64,000 nucleotides of DNA. Source: a virus (taxonomy: Duplodnaviria; Caudoviricetes). A program made the position numbers and the translations under genes. The notes below the pieces were generated by a model. That model was not told the origin of the DNA. It made no database searches and saw only the letters and a list, made by a program, of their open reading frames with translations. Positions 22,655 through 33,455 of the stretch are shown one piece after another (within the stretch, counting starts at the first letter, position 1; each line of letters opens with the position of its first letter). The stretch lies in the IMG/VR virus record IMGVR_UViG_3300002220_006617, positions 32,001-96,000 of that record. One strand, given 5' to 3'.

Positions 22655-23146
22655 ATGACATCTACTATTCTTGGGATCACGGGCCGCATCGAGGCTCGCC
22701 ACTTTATGAAACTCGACCAAATTTGTGAACAACAGGCAAACAAACACCTGCCGGTTAAGTTAGTCAAAATCGACCCTCGGTGTGAGAAAGCAATGGAATG
22801 GGCCCTCATCCGCGGCATGGCCATTGTCATCGAGAAACTGAACTTCACCTACGAGAGAAACTCCATCGACGAGTTCACCAAACTGGTAGTCGGTGAACCC
22901 ACAACCCCCGAGGACTACGCAACCCCAGGCGTTGAAATGGACATCTGCAACCTCACAGACTGCAACATGCCGATCACCCATTCACGAGTTGCACTCGAAG
23001 GCACAGACGGACTCCCGCTGGTCGGCGACCTCTTACCCGACCGGGAATACGGGCGCTGGGTAGGTCCAGACGTCAACATGATCGTCGCAACAGGCGAAGT
23101 CAACGTCCCCAGAATTGAAGGCATCCCCGTAATCAGGGCGTGGTAA
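22655..23146 (+). CDS. Hypothetical protein
   Basis: ORF with GGAG upstream, downstream of class I motif. Confidence 0.6.
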   Translation: MTSTILGITGRIEARHFMKLDQICEQQANKHLPVKLVKIDPRCEKAMEWALIRGMAIVIEKLNFTYERNSIDEFTKLVVGEPTTPEDYATPGVEMDICNLTDCNMPITHSRVALEGTDGLPLVGDLLPDREYGRWVGPDVNMIVATGEVNVPRIEGIPVIRAW

Positions 23147-23523
23147 CTTTGGCAAACAACGGACATTTCGAACCAATCGGCAACCTCAGAATGGGCAACA
23201 CCAACCCGACAGGCATCCTGTGGATCCCCATCAACGTAATGCTTGAGAACAACAAAGTCATCGGCATGCAGAAACACGTAGACGCCGAAGGCCAGGAGTC
23301 CTGGACCCAGGCAGAGGTCGGAGTCATCAAGGAGACAGCCACGGGCAAATCCCTGGCACTCAACATCTTCGGCACCGACGTTTACGTCAACAAAGAAGCC
23401 GTTGCCCAGCTCAAATCCAAGAAAGTCGGCGCGATCCAGAGTGTCAGTGCGGTCACCCTCATCCACGACAGCAACGCTCCAACCGGAGTAAAAAGCGGAA
23501 TCCAGCGGGAAACCGCTTACTAA
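23140..23523 (+). CDS. Small beta-rich protein, paralogue of 8434 and 46725
   Basis: VGVIKETATGKSLALNIFGTDVYVN. Confidence 0.6.
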   Translation: MVTLANNGHFEPIGNLRMGNTNPTGILWIPINVMLENNKVIGMQKHVDAEGQESWTQAEVGVIKETATGKSLALNIFGTDVYVNKEAVAQLKSKKVGAIQSVSAVTLIHDSNAPTGVKSGIQRETAY

Positions 23524-23934
23524 TTTTCATGTACCGGGAGACTTCAACATGACCGACTACGTCAAACTGGTCTGGACGCATATCCGGAACGGCCGGGAAA
23601 GTGTTCCATTACCGGACAAGAAACAGTTAGTTCGAGACGAATTCATCTTCACCTGCCCCATCTGTGGCAACACGATGAGTTCCTGCAATTACAACCACAT
23701 CGGCAACTTCCAGGTTGATGCAGCTGATCATCTGGAGACCTGCATGACCAACCCCGCGAAATGTACTATGTGCGGAAACCTGTTCAAAAGACTCGAGATG
23801 ATGCCAACCGGAAAATGTATCCGATGTGAAATCCTGTCCATAAACATGGCCAACCGGCACGAGTAGTCAATAAGATTGACTCATTCGAAAGGAGTATTGA
23901 CAAACTATTTAAGCGTATGAGATAAGATTCTGTC

Positions 23935-24900
23935 ATGAAGGACTCGTACTTCACGAAACGAATCCGTCAGGACAAACAAGCTCTTGAAACGTATACAAGA
24001 GCAATCGAATGGGACCCTGTCAGACTCAGCCGGGCCATGTCCTCCACGGGTTTGCCGCATGAAGATGTCTACCTGGAAACGCCAAACCAGAAACTCATTG
24101 ACCATCTCTCAACATTCATCCTGAACGCCGGCACGAACTTCTTCTTCATCCTCGGCCCCAACGGGTTCGGCAAAAGTTCCATCAAAGACTTCTCGTTACT
24201 GGTCTTCAAGGACATCAACCAATATGTTTCATTCAGCCTTGACAACATCGGGCCGATCACAACATTCCAGATGCTCCGTGAAATCTACCTCAACATGACC
24301 GGGCTGGAAAAAGCGCCACGAACCCGCGGGGAACTCAAAGATGCGATCGTCAACCACCTGATAACCACTCGGAGCAATGAAAAACTCCCGATCACAACCA
24401 TCGTCTGGATTGACGAAGGCCAGAAACTCACATCTGAAAAACTCGAGGCCCTCCGGATGATAGCCGATACCAGGACGCTCAAAGGCGACTTTACCTGCAA
24501 ATTCATCATTGTCGGAACCGAAGGACTCAAAACCAAAATCGCCAACTGGATGACAACACATGATGAGGAAGGCATGGCTGTCATGGACCGGGGATCCCAG
24601 TTCACCTACGATCTCAACCCCTGGGACGAACAACATATCTTCAACTGGTGGACGCTCCTCACGGAATACTGTTCAATCAACCAAAGCACAGACATGATCA
24701 ACCCGTTCCAACCGGTCACTGCCAAGATCGTCCACAAACTCAGTGAAGGTAAACCCCGCGACATAGTCCAGTTATCCCAACTGGCCCTGCTCGCCCGGGC
24801 AGACAAATATTTAACCGATCCTAAAAACGGCTGGACAGTCCGACCAGACGACATCATGGACGCCCTCGGCATCAAACAGACTGCGGAGAAGAAAAAATGA
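23935..24900 (+). CDS. AAA+ ATPase, ExeA/AAA_22-like
   Basis: GPNGFGKS, WIDEGQKL, FIIVG, SEGKPRDI. Confidence 0.8.
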   Translation: MKDSYFTKRIRQDKQALETYTRAIEWDPVRLSRAMSSTGLPHEDVYLETPNQKLIDHLSTFILNAGTNFFFILGPNGFGKSSIKDFSLLVFKDINQYVSFSLDNIGPITTFQMLREIYLNMTGLEKAPRTRGELKDAIVNHLITTRSNEKLPITTIVWIDEGQKLTSEKLEALRMIADTRTLKGDFTCKFIIVGTEGLKTKIANWMTTHDEEGMAVMDRGSQFTYDLNPWDEQHIFNWWTLLTEYCSINQSTDMINPFQPVTAKIVHKLSEGKPRDIVQLSQLALLARADKYLTDPKNGWTVRPDDIMDALGIKQTAEKKK

Positions 24901-25304
24901 CCCGTCACGAAGGCCAAACCCCGGCACAACGAATGCAACAGGCACTCGAGGCAAACCCGGACCTCATCCAGGAAACCATCACACGACACCCGGAAGGCAC
25001 AGAAATCACGAACCACCCGATTCCCGCGATCAGTCCCAAACCATCCACAGAATTGCAGGAACCCCCGCGCAAATCAAAGTTAAACCTTGCACTTGAATTC
25101 GGAGACATTCAACCCAAGAACATGATCTATTCCCGCGAGATCGCAGCACTCATCGAGTACCGGTCATTAACAGTCATTAAATACGTTAAATCCGAAGAAT
25201 TACTGCGATGGTGTGAAGAAGGAGCTGCCCGGGATTACCCGGACCTTTACGCCAAGATCAAAGATCACTTCAAAGATCATCCAAAGAAAACTAAACGAAC
25301 CTGA
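24897..25304 (+). CDS. Hypothetical partner of the AAA ATPase
   Basis: ATGA-coupled to the ATPase. Confidence 0.6.
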   Translation: MTRHEGQTPAQRMQQALEANPDLIQETITRHPEGTEITNHPIPAISPKPSTELQEPPRKSKLNLALEFGDIQPKNMIYSREIAALIEYRSLTVIKYVKSEELLRWCEEGAARDYPDLYAKIKDHFKDHPKKTKRT

Positions 25305-25348
25305 AAGGATCCAGCAACATTTTCAGGTTCAACAAGGAGTCACAGACG

Positions 25349-25888
25349 ATGTCAACCACCATTTATACCGATGGGGCCTGCAGAGGAAACCCCGGCCAGG
25401 GGGCCTATTCATTCATAGTCTTCCAGGACAACAAAGAAATCTTTAGAGAATCTGCACTAATTGCAGGCGTTACAACGAACAACAAAGCAGAATATCTGGC
25501 CATCGCAAAAGCAATGCAATGGGCTGGCAAGAACAACATCACAAAATTCACCATCTTTTCCGACAGCAAACTTGCTATCAACCAGATAATCGGCGAATGG
25601 AAGGTCAAAGAACCGGAACTCAAGGCCTTCATCTACACGATCCGCGGGCTCCTGGCTGCACTACCCAAAGACGCAGTCACATTCACACACACCACCCGTG
25701 AAACTAATGGGATCTCAATCTGCGACAAGATGTGCAACGAGATCCTTGACTGTGGCAAATCAATAACCGATGAAACCACTACTCGCCAAACCTGGCAGGT
25801 CCTCTATAGGTGCCCGGTCTGCGGGGCCACATTCAGCTCAGTTGACGGGTTCTGTGAAGCCTGCGATACCATCCTCGTAGAACCGTGA
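25349..25888 (+). CDS. rnhA: Ribonuclease HI with C-terminal Zn ribbon
   Basis: YTDGACRGNPG, TNNKAEY, SDSKL..NQ..G.WKVK; CPVC/CEAC. Confidence 0.9.
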   Translation: MSTTIYTDGACRGNPGQGAYSFIVFQDNKEIFRESALIAGVTTNNKAEYLAIAKAMQWAGKNNITKFTIFSDSKLAINQIIGEWKVKEPELKAFIYTIRGLLAALPKDAVTFTHTTRETNGISICDKMCNEILDCGKSITDETTTRQTWQVLYRCPVCGATFSSVDGFCEACDTILVEP

Positions 25889-25930
25889 TGGAACCAAGTG
25901 ACTTCACTTAAAATACCCGCCTGCAGAACA

Positions 25931-26002
25931 CAGTAAGTGAGGCGAATCACACCGCCGCTTTACTGCGGAATGACTCATCGGACCTGTTCCGATTGAAATT
26001 CC
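25931..26002 (+). ncRNA. Candidate two-hairpin small RNA
   Basis: CAGTAAG/TTTACTG and ATCGGA/TCCGAT stems, just downstream of a TGAC-TATA motif (25898), with no ATG at the usual distance. Confidence 0.35.
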
Positions 26003-26967
26003 ATGGGATATCCTCCCTTTTCCAAATGTGATGATCATGAGCTATTACCAGCAACTTCAATTCACGAACGTACAAATAACCCCCGACAACTTCCGCAAAT
26101 TACGGGATGCAATCCGAGAAAACCCGCCAGATCTCGACAGGTTCAACATCGGTACCCCCGGAAACCTTGGACTCAGTTGTTGGGATTTCAACCAAGATAC
26201 CGGGCAGTCCGACAACATCGATGTCGAATTTCGACAGAGCAAAGCAACAGACTACGACTGTCTGATCATGGACTTCATCGCCCCATTCGTTGTCGATAAC
26301 AGTTACATCGAAATGCAGGGCGAAGACCGGGACTACTGGCGCTGGACGTTCATTGGCGGCAAATGTTACGAGACGTACGGTGAACTCATCTGGCCCGATC
26401 CGGTCATTGACCCCCCGGCAATGGGGTTTGTCAAAGGGACCTGGGTACCGGTATGACAACCCACGATATCCCGGCAAGATTACTCAAACAAACCCTACCA
26501 AAACACCTGATATCCGTGCTGGGAACCGAAACCGTAACCACCCTCTGTAAAACACGGTTCTACAAATACCGGGTCCGGAACAAACGATGCCCGAAATGTG
26601 GATCCTCCTCAACATATTACCGTTCAATAACACGAGACATAAAATGCTGCAGTTGCGGAACCGTCAGAACTACCGCAAAACGGTGAAACCATGAACCTCA
26701 AACTCAAAAACCGGTACAAACCGACCGGCAACGGCAAAGTTATTCCCGGAAAATGCCTGCACTGTGCCAACCGGTCAGTATACAACTGCACCGGTTACGA
26801 CAACAAACGTTGTGAAACCGTGTGGCAAGTCCTCTGTTTCCGTTCATATTCCCACCTGACAAAAATAGGAACAAAATCATGACCAAACCAGAAACCAAAA
26901 ACATGTTATTTCTCATCACCCGCCAGGCAATCAACGAACACCGCAACAACCATCCGGGGGGATATTA

Positions 26968-27327
26968 ATGAACCACATCAGGCATTTTGTAGCCGGAGTT
27001 GATGATTTCGACTTCTACATCCTTGATGCAGATATAACCCGGGCGAGTCTTCGTGACGGGGCAGAGTTCAAACGCTGTTTCGGGCTTGCACTCACCCGGT
27101 TTGTCCGGGACACGTTCAACCAACAGGAAATACGCAAAGCCCAAACCGAAGGTTTAGAGCTCGAACCCGCAAAAGATTATATCACAAGCCCGGTATTCAT
27201 ACGTGAACTGATATTAATGGGTATCAAGAACCTCAAGATTGTCCACCTAACTGCCATGGATACCGATGAGTGGGCATCTGAAGACAACCTCATCGATGAC
27301 GACCTGTTACCTCCCATCATTGAGTGA
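26968..27327 (+). CDS. Hypothetical protein, paralogue of 18602-18985
   Basis: FK...G.AL......D...EG...F...L...GI..L...D.D.W...D..ID pattern in both. Confidence 0.6.
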   Translation: MNHIRHFVAGVDDFDFYILDADITRASLRDGAEFKRCFGLALTRFVRDTFNQQEIRKAQTEGLELEPAKDYITSPVFIRELILMGIKNLKIVHLTAMDTDEWASEDNLIDDDLLPPIIE

Positions 27328-27366
27328 CATCCACTTATAACTCCGACAGGTAAGGTTATCTCTACT

Positions 27367-27786
27367 ATGAGTGGAAACACGTTCATGGACGACCTCAAAG
27401 CGTCCCAAGTAAAGGTAGCCAAAGTCCCGCTGGCAGGAGGCCTTGCAAACGCATTCGCCTTCGCTTGGAAGAATCCCGAAGAGACTGACATCATTGTCCA
27501 AAAAGTCGTTGTAGACATCACGACTGAGGGTGTAACCGCAACTTCCGTCATTGACATTGGTGTCGGTGCAACGGCCACCACGGCATCCAATACGATCATC
27601 GACGGCCTTCCGGCAACAGCCCTGAAAATCGCTGACAACATCACGGACAAAGGCACATCCGGCACGGGCCTTGCCCAGCGGGTCAACAAAGTCGGCGGCA
27701 CCAGCGCATTCATCACCGGCCAGATCCTTGTAGCCAATGCAGCAGCTCTTGCCGGCAACGTCTACATCGAGTATCTCAAAGTATAA
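27367..27786 (+). CDS. Putative virion decoration/structural protein
   Basis: Ala/Gly/Thr-rich beta protein (IDIGV, GNVYIEY); own late-type promoter and downstream T-tract. Confidence 0.55.
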   Translation: MSGNTFMDDLKASQVKVAKVPLAGGLANAFAFAWKNPEETDIIVQKVVVDITTEGVTATSVIDIGVGATATTASNTIIDGLPATALKIADNITDKGTSGTGLAQRVNKVGGTSAFITGQILVANAAALAGNVYIEYLKV

Positions 27787-27880
27787 CCCCTTTCAACCCT
27801 TTCTTTTTATTTACTCAAACACCTAAATAGTGAAACAGCAATCCCTGGCCAGCAACCCGGGATCATCACAGGCGACAACC

Positions 27881-28444
27881 ATGTTACCCGACAACAAGAC
27901 CGTATGGGATCTCGACGGCACGATCCTCCTCTCATGTTTCAACGATCCCTGTTGGAACGAAGCCGTAAAGTTAGTTAAAAAACCAGACGAACTCACCCGG
28001 TTTGCAACCTTCCATCCCGGGATTAATCGGGCTGATATCCAGATGATCCTAACCGCCAGGCACCTGCAGACCATGAGTTACCCAACGTGGACTCAACTCC
28101 GCGATCACGATCTGCTTCATACCAGGACTATCCTCAACCCCAACCTCGACGATCATACCAGTGCCCAGTTCGCCAGGTTCAAGATCAACTGGTGCAACCA
28201 ACACTGGCCGGACTATTACGTTGACGACGACCCGGTCATCTGCAACCTGATGCAACCGCACCTGATGCATACCCGGTGTGTAACCGTAGAAGAATGGTAT
28301 CAAATCCACAATCCCCCTTCTCCCCCAGGTTTCCCCTGGGCCCCTTCCTCCCCCCTCAACCCCGTTGAAGGAGCCAACCGGAAGGTCCGGGACCTTGCAG
28401 CGGCCCTGCTCAGGTGCCAGATAAACCCAAAGGTGCCAACATGA
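27881..28444 (+). CDS. HAD-like phosphatase, degenerate
   Basis: VWDLDGTI and YYVDDD motifs. Confidence 0.6.
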   Translation: MLPDNKTVWDLDGTILLSCFNDPCWNEAVKLVKKPDELTRFATFHPGINRADIQMILTARHLQTMSYPTWTQLRDHDLLHTRTILNPNLDDHTSAQFARFKINWCNQHWPDYYVDDDPVICNLMQPHLMHTRCVTVEEWYQIHNPPSPPGFPWAPSSPLNPVEGANRKVRDLAAALLRCQINPKVPT

Positions 28445-28851
28445 GGACCACATCACTCGTCGGCGGATCACCGGTTAATGTAGACTACGAAACCTGTGTC
28501 ATCTGTCACGCCCCAACCGGCCGGGCAGGTAAAAATGAAGATTCTCTCTATGATCGGGACCGCGGCCCGTTCTGTGAAGACTGTTTCGAAGAATACCACA
28601 AAACCCGCAAGAAAATGCAGGACATGTACCGGGCCATTTTCACAGCCATCCGCGAACTCGATCAATTCTGCATAACCCAGGATTATTTCTCCTGCACGGA
28701 ATGTCCTATCGGGTTCGGGTCCATGGACTTCTGCAAAAAGAAATCCATCAAAGGCGAGCTAGAACACCAAGCCCACGCAATCCCTCGCAACACGTACACG
28801 GGCTGCCCGGCCCGTGGTATAAACAACTCAGCATCTTTCCCGTGAATCAAC

Positions 28852-29186
28852 ATGACAAAACCACTCTTCAAAAAAGGCGACAAGGTCAGAAAACTGGTCG
28901 GCAGTCTGATCTATACCGTCACCAAAGTCACCAAGAACAAAGTCACGTTCCAATACCGGGACAACACAACGGAACACGAAATTGACGAAAAAAATCTCCG
29001 GGCGGTCTGACCATGAAAACCATATCAGGATTCCGGAAAGGCGATCAAGTCCGATACATCAACCATGCAGAATTCATCGATGAAACCGGGGTAGTCACCA
29101 AAGTCGATGGCAACTGGATCAATGTCCAGGTCGGCAAAGCACTCAGCAGATATCCGGCCAACAAACTCCAGAAGGTGCCATTATGA
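28852..29186 (+). CDS. Two tandem small KOW/SH3-like proteins (28852-29010, 29013-29186; not in ORF track)
   Basis: FKKGDKVR...VTKV and FRKGDQVR...GVVTKV. Confidence 0.55.
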
Positions 29187-29615
29187 TCCTCTACCTGATC
29201 CAACTGACAATACTCTCGGTCCTGGCTGTCATAACCATATCCATGATCGGATTCCTTGTTGGCATGGCTGCCTGCTGGCTTGACCGAATCTGTTCAGAAA
29301 CATATTCCTGGTGGTCGTAATGCTCAACGAATGCCAGAAAGAAGCAGTCATCGCAACCATCAAGGATGTAATGTGGGGGATACTATTGGCAATCGGGGCG
29401 ATCCTCTGTTTCCTTTTCGTAATGATTGTGCTCCATGCCGTCGGGATGATGATAAGTAAATGGTTTCCGCCGGCAACAATCGAAATTCCCGGCCGTATCG
29501 TGATATTCGGAATTGTAGGCGTAATAATCCTTTACGCAGGGGTGGTGGCAATAAGAAGACAGTATACCCGGAACTTCGAACACTGCCGGTGGATGCAGGA
29601 ACAGGGAAAATCGCC

Positions 29616-30341
29616 ATGACCGACATCTGCAACCTCGGCGGATTCATATCCCTGAGCACCCTGGACTGGCCCGGCCGATCAACATCAGTTATCTTTCTCC
29701 GCGGCTGTCCCAACCGGTGTCCCGACTGCCACAACAAACATCTGGCACAGGAAGGCCCAACCGTCCCGATGACTGAAGTCTTCGAACTCCTTCAACTCTC
29801 AGTCCCATTCGTCGGCGGTGTCGTAGTTTCCGGCGGTGAACCCACCAAACGCCTTGAAGAACTGACCCGTATCCTCGAGTACGCTCACGATATCGGGCTA
29901 CAAACCCGGGTCCAGACCAGCGGGATCTACCCGGCCAACATTGAAAAACTTATCGACCGGCAACTCGTTGACTCAATTGCCCTCGACTTCAAAGTCGAAC
30001 TCGGCCGGATAGACACGATCCTCCCGAAAAATATACCCTATTCCGCGGTCCCGCAAACTCTCAAAATCTGCGAGATAGCCCGGGCCTCCGGAACACTGGA
30101 TGATTTTGAAGTGGTCCACACCATTTTCCCGTATTACGGTCACGACCGACAACTATCCCACATCTCAAACTACGTCGATAGAAAAACCAAATTCATACTC
30201 AACCAAGGCCAACCGCTCAACCCGGTCCATTTACCATTAGATCACGACCGGCTCTGCGAACTCACATCCACGTTCGTACGGCAACCGCTCCGATACGTCA
30301 GATCAAAAGATAAAGGACAGGTGTTTGTCAAAAATGTGTAA
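29616..30341 (+). CDS. Radical SAM protein, anaerobic RNR-activating family
   Basis: STLDWPG, GCPNRCPDCHN, VVVSGGEPT. Confidence 0.85.
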   Translation: MTDICNLGGFISLSTLDWPGRSTSVIFLRGCPNRCPDCHNKHLAQEGPTVPMTEVFELLQLSVPFVGGVVVSGGEPTKRLEELTRILEYAHDIGLQTRVQTSGIYPANIEKLIDRQLVDSIALDFKVELGRIDTILPKNIPYSAVPQTLKICEIARASGTLDDFEVVHTIFPYYGHDRQLSHISNYVDRKTKFILNQGQPLNPVHLPLDHDRLCELTSTFVRQPLRYVRSKDKGQVFVKNV

Positions 30342-31031
30342 CGAGCGATCGCCTCCCACATCCGATCGCAAAAACTTTTTACGGTCCTGTATCTACCGGC
30401 CGACCAACCTTTGCATCGATTGCGGAGACTGCCAATATGATCCTGATCGGAGAACAGTATGTACGAAGAATTACAGTTAAGAAACATTGCCCGGGTCAAC
30501 GCCAACGTAGCCTGCGCCTTAATACGGCTGGAAGGCATGAAAGCTGAAAATGCCCAACGAGCAATAACCGGCGCACCCCCAGCATATACTGAACATCAGT
30601 TCAACCAGATTATCCTTGATGAAGAAATCGGTTACAACGCCGTACTCGCAACATTACAAAACGGACTTTAACCATGTCAAAACGACCTGCCATCTTACCC
30701 CCGGAAGCCCGCAACCCCCGGGATTCCGAACTCACCCGCCGCTGCAAATGCGGAGCAATCATCGAACTCAGCCAGACGATCTGTGAAACCTGTCGCTGGA
30801 AAGACCATCTCGAGAAACGTGCCGAGAGAACCCTGGAGAACATGTCAGCCTACTACCGGGCAATCCCTAAGAACCGGTTAGCTGCCGTAACATCATGACC
30901 GACACTGTCTGCACTACATTCGAACAGACTCCTCACGGCCTGCAGCTCTGTCATTCTGACTACTGTATCCATTCCCGCAATCCCGGCATAACCTGCCCCA
31001 TCAAAGACCAACTCAAAAAGAAACGATATCC

Positions 31032-31403
31032 ATGACCCGCATCACTACCTCCACGGCATCGCCTGCAGAACCCCAGAAATTTGTCATTATCACCCGGCAC
31101 CAGGGCGTCATTGACTGGTGTACCAGTAAAAACATCATTGGCAAATGTATCAAACATCTGAACCCTACAGACATTGAATCCAATGTAATCTACGTCGGAA
31201 TCGCCCCGCTCCCGTTAATTGAAAAAATCCTCAAGAACCGATCCCGGTTCTGGATGGCAACCGCCCCCCTCAACCTCAATTACCGGTATGAAGAACTCAG
31301 TGCTACCCAGCTGAACGAAATGGGTATGATCCTCAGGGAAGTCTGTTACCTGGAAACCATCCCGATCAACTATCAGTTCCCCTGCATTCTCGGTGCATCA
31401 TGA
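31032..31403 (+). CDS. Csx16 (VVA1548)-like protein
   Basis: ITRHQGVIDW...HLNP..I......G..PL.L...R.EELSA.QL...G matches the Csx16 pattern. Confidence 0.7.
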   Translation: MTRITTSTASPAEPQKFVIITRHQGVIDWCTSKNIIGKCIKHLNPTDIESNVIYVGIAPLPLIEKILKNRSRFWMATAPLNLNYRYEELSATQLNEMGMILREVCYLETIPINYQFPCILGAS

Positions 31404-31647
31404 CGAAAACCAATTTTCTCCATATCAATCTTCCTGAACACGGAGATTATAACTGGGGCTGTAAACTCAACAAAGCCATTACAACAATCGACCAGGAGAT
31501 CATGATGCTCTATGACCGTGCATCTGGCAACTGGAACCATACAGACGAAGCACTCACCCGGACAAAAAGAACAATGAACCGGGTATTGTTCCTCGAACTC
31601 CTCATTCTGATCTACAACATCGCATTAACCGTATTGGTACTCACAAA

Positions 31648-32334
31648 ATGACCGGAAAACTCATTGCATTTGAAGGAATTGACGGAAGCGGCAAAACCAG
31701 CATTCTGTCAAGACTCTGTAAAGAATACGGGGACAACCCGAAATACCAGTTCTCAAAAGAACCCACGCGGTCTAGTACTGGGGACGCCTGTTACCAAGCC
31801 ATCAACAGTGGCGACGAGATCCTCGCAGCCCTGGCATTTGCCGTCGATCACCGCTGGCACATCAAACACGTCATTGAACCTGCACTGGCCGCCGGCAACC
31901 ATATCTTCACAGACCGGTACATCCACAGCCACTATGCTTATCAGGTCCAGACACTCGAGAACGATCCCGATCTCGACGCCAAAAACACAAGCCCTATAGA
32001 CTGGCTCGACGCCATTTACACCCCGTTCACCCGGTACCCGGACTACGTGTTCTGGTTTGTCGTTGACCCTGACGAAGCAGTCAACCGCATCAAATCGTCC
32101 AGGACAAAAGACAAGATCGACCTGTATGAAACTGCAGAGTTCCTCAGTAAGGTCCACACAGAATATCAAAAACAACTGGTATCCAACCGCATCAACGCCG
32201 ACAACTCCGTGTACCTTGTCATCGACACCAACCTCAAAAACCTCGACGAAGTCTACCAGGACGTTGTCATGTGTCTTGAGACCCTGAACATATTGCCATC
32301 AGCAAACCCTAATACCCCGGACGCCCCAGTATAA
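31648..32334 (+). CDS. tmk: Thymidylate kinase
   Basis: AFEGIDGSGKTS, KEP, TDRY..S..AYQ, PD. Confidence 0.92.
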   Translation: MTGKLIAFEGIDGSGKTSILSRLCKEYGDNPKYQFSKEPTRSSTGDACYQAINSGDEILAALAFAVDHRWHIKHVIEPALAAGNHIFTDRYIHSHYAYQVQTLENDPDLDAKNTSPIDWLDAIYTPFTRYPDYVFWFVVDPDEAVNRIKSSRTKDKIDLYETAEFLSKVHTEYQKQLVSNRINADNSVYLVIDTNLKNLDEVYQDVVMCLETLNILPSANPNTPDAPV

Positions 32335-32388
32335 CCAGCACAGACAACAGGCCAGGTAACCAGATTCAGCAACCTGTGTTACCGGATT

Positions 32389-32446
32389 GAAGTTCCCGCA
32401 CGTAACCCTGCCGGTTGATACCGTCAGGGATATCGGCGGGACCTTC
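32389..32446 (+). repeat. Long TGAT-loop hairpin H4
   Basis: Homologous to H3b with compensatory changes (CGGT-TGAT-ACCG; CCCGC/GCGGG). Confidence 0.75.
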
Positions 32447-32714
32447 CCACCTGCCGGTTAATGATTTTCTGTACGGTACAACACAATCCTTCGAGATCCA
32501 GCAACGACCATGATACCAGACAACCATCAGATCCGCAAAGGCCGGGACCTTCGATGCCCGGGATGCAGCCTCAGAAAACATGCACGATACCGGAGCGGTA
32601 CCCACGATTTCCGGTGCTGTCATTGCGGTAAAATCTTCACTCGAGAACAGGCCCTTGAATTCATGACTCAGCTTGACGCTGGACTCATGGCAGCATAATC
32701 ACAGACGACACATC

Positions 32715-33455
32715 ATGACAAACATCATCAGCGCGTCACGACGCACAGATTTACCGGCACTGTTCCCCGAACAGACTATCCGGACTATCATGAAAATGCA
32801 TTACGAGACCCCGGTTGATGCCGTCGTATTCTGGACGAAAAACGCCGAGCCGATACTACCGTACCTCGACATCCTCACCGAAGCAAGAATCCCTTTTTAT
32901 TTCCAGTATACCGTCAACGGCTACGACAAGACCTGGGAACCCGGCGTTCCCGAACTTGCCGATAAAATCAAAACCTTCCAGGCCCTCGCAAAACTGATCG
33001 GAAAAGACCGGGTCATCTGGAGATACGATCCGATCTTCATCGCCGAGAACTGGTTCATCTACGAACACCTGCTCCAGCTCAACAAAATCTCCATGGCACT
33101 CAAAGATTCAACCCAGAAACTCGTATTCAGTTTCTTCGACCCCTACCCGAAACTCGGTGCCACCCCAATCCGGCCGCCCAACGAAGACGAACAACAGGCT
33201 GTTTTCAATCATATCAAACAACTCGGCGTCTACTACAACTGGGAAGTCGCCACCTGTGCCGAACTCATCGGGTCCCACGGCATCATCAAACCCAACCGGT
33301 GCATTGACCCGGTCCTGCTCAAAAACCTGGGCGTCAAGATGGACCACATCCAAAAAGATTACAGCCAGAGAAAAACCTGCGGCTGCATCAAAAGCACTGA
33401 CATCGGAACCTACCACACCTGCACTCACGGGTGCCGGTACTGTTACGCGAGGTAA
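32715..33455 (+). CDS. DUF1848 family protein
   Basis: IISASRRTDLPA, VFWTKN, WRYDPI, CGC..S.DIG.Y.TC.HGC.YCYA. Confidence 0.9.
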   Translation: MTNIISASRRTDLPALFPEQTIRTIMKMHYETPVDAVVFWTKNAEPILPYLDILTEARIPFYFQYTVNGYDKTWEPGVPELADKIKTFQALAKLIGKDRVIWRYDPIFIAENWFIYEHLLQLNKISMALKDSTQKLVFSFFDPYPKLGATPIRPPNEDEQQAVFNHIKQLGVYYNWEVATCAELIGSHGIIKPNRCIDPVLLKNLGVKMDHIQKDYSQRKTCGCIKSTDIGTYHTCTHGCRYCYAR

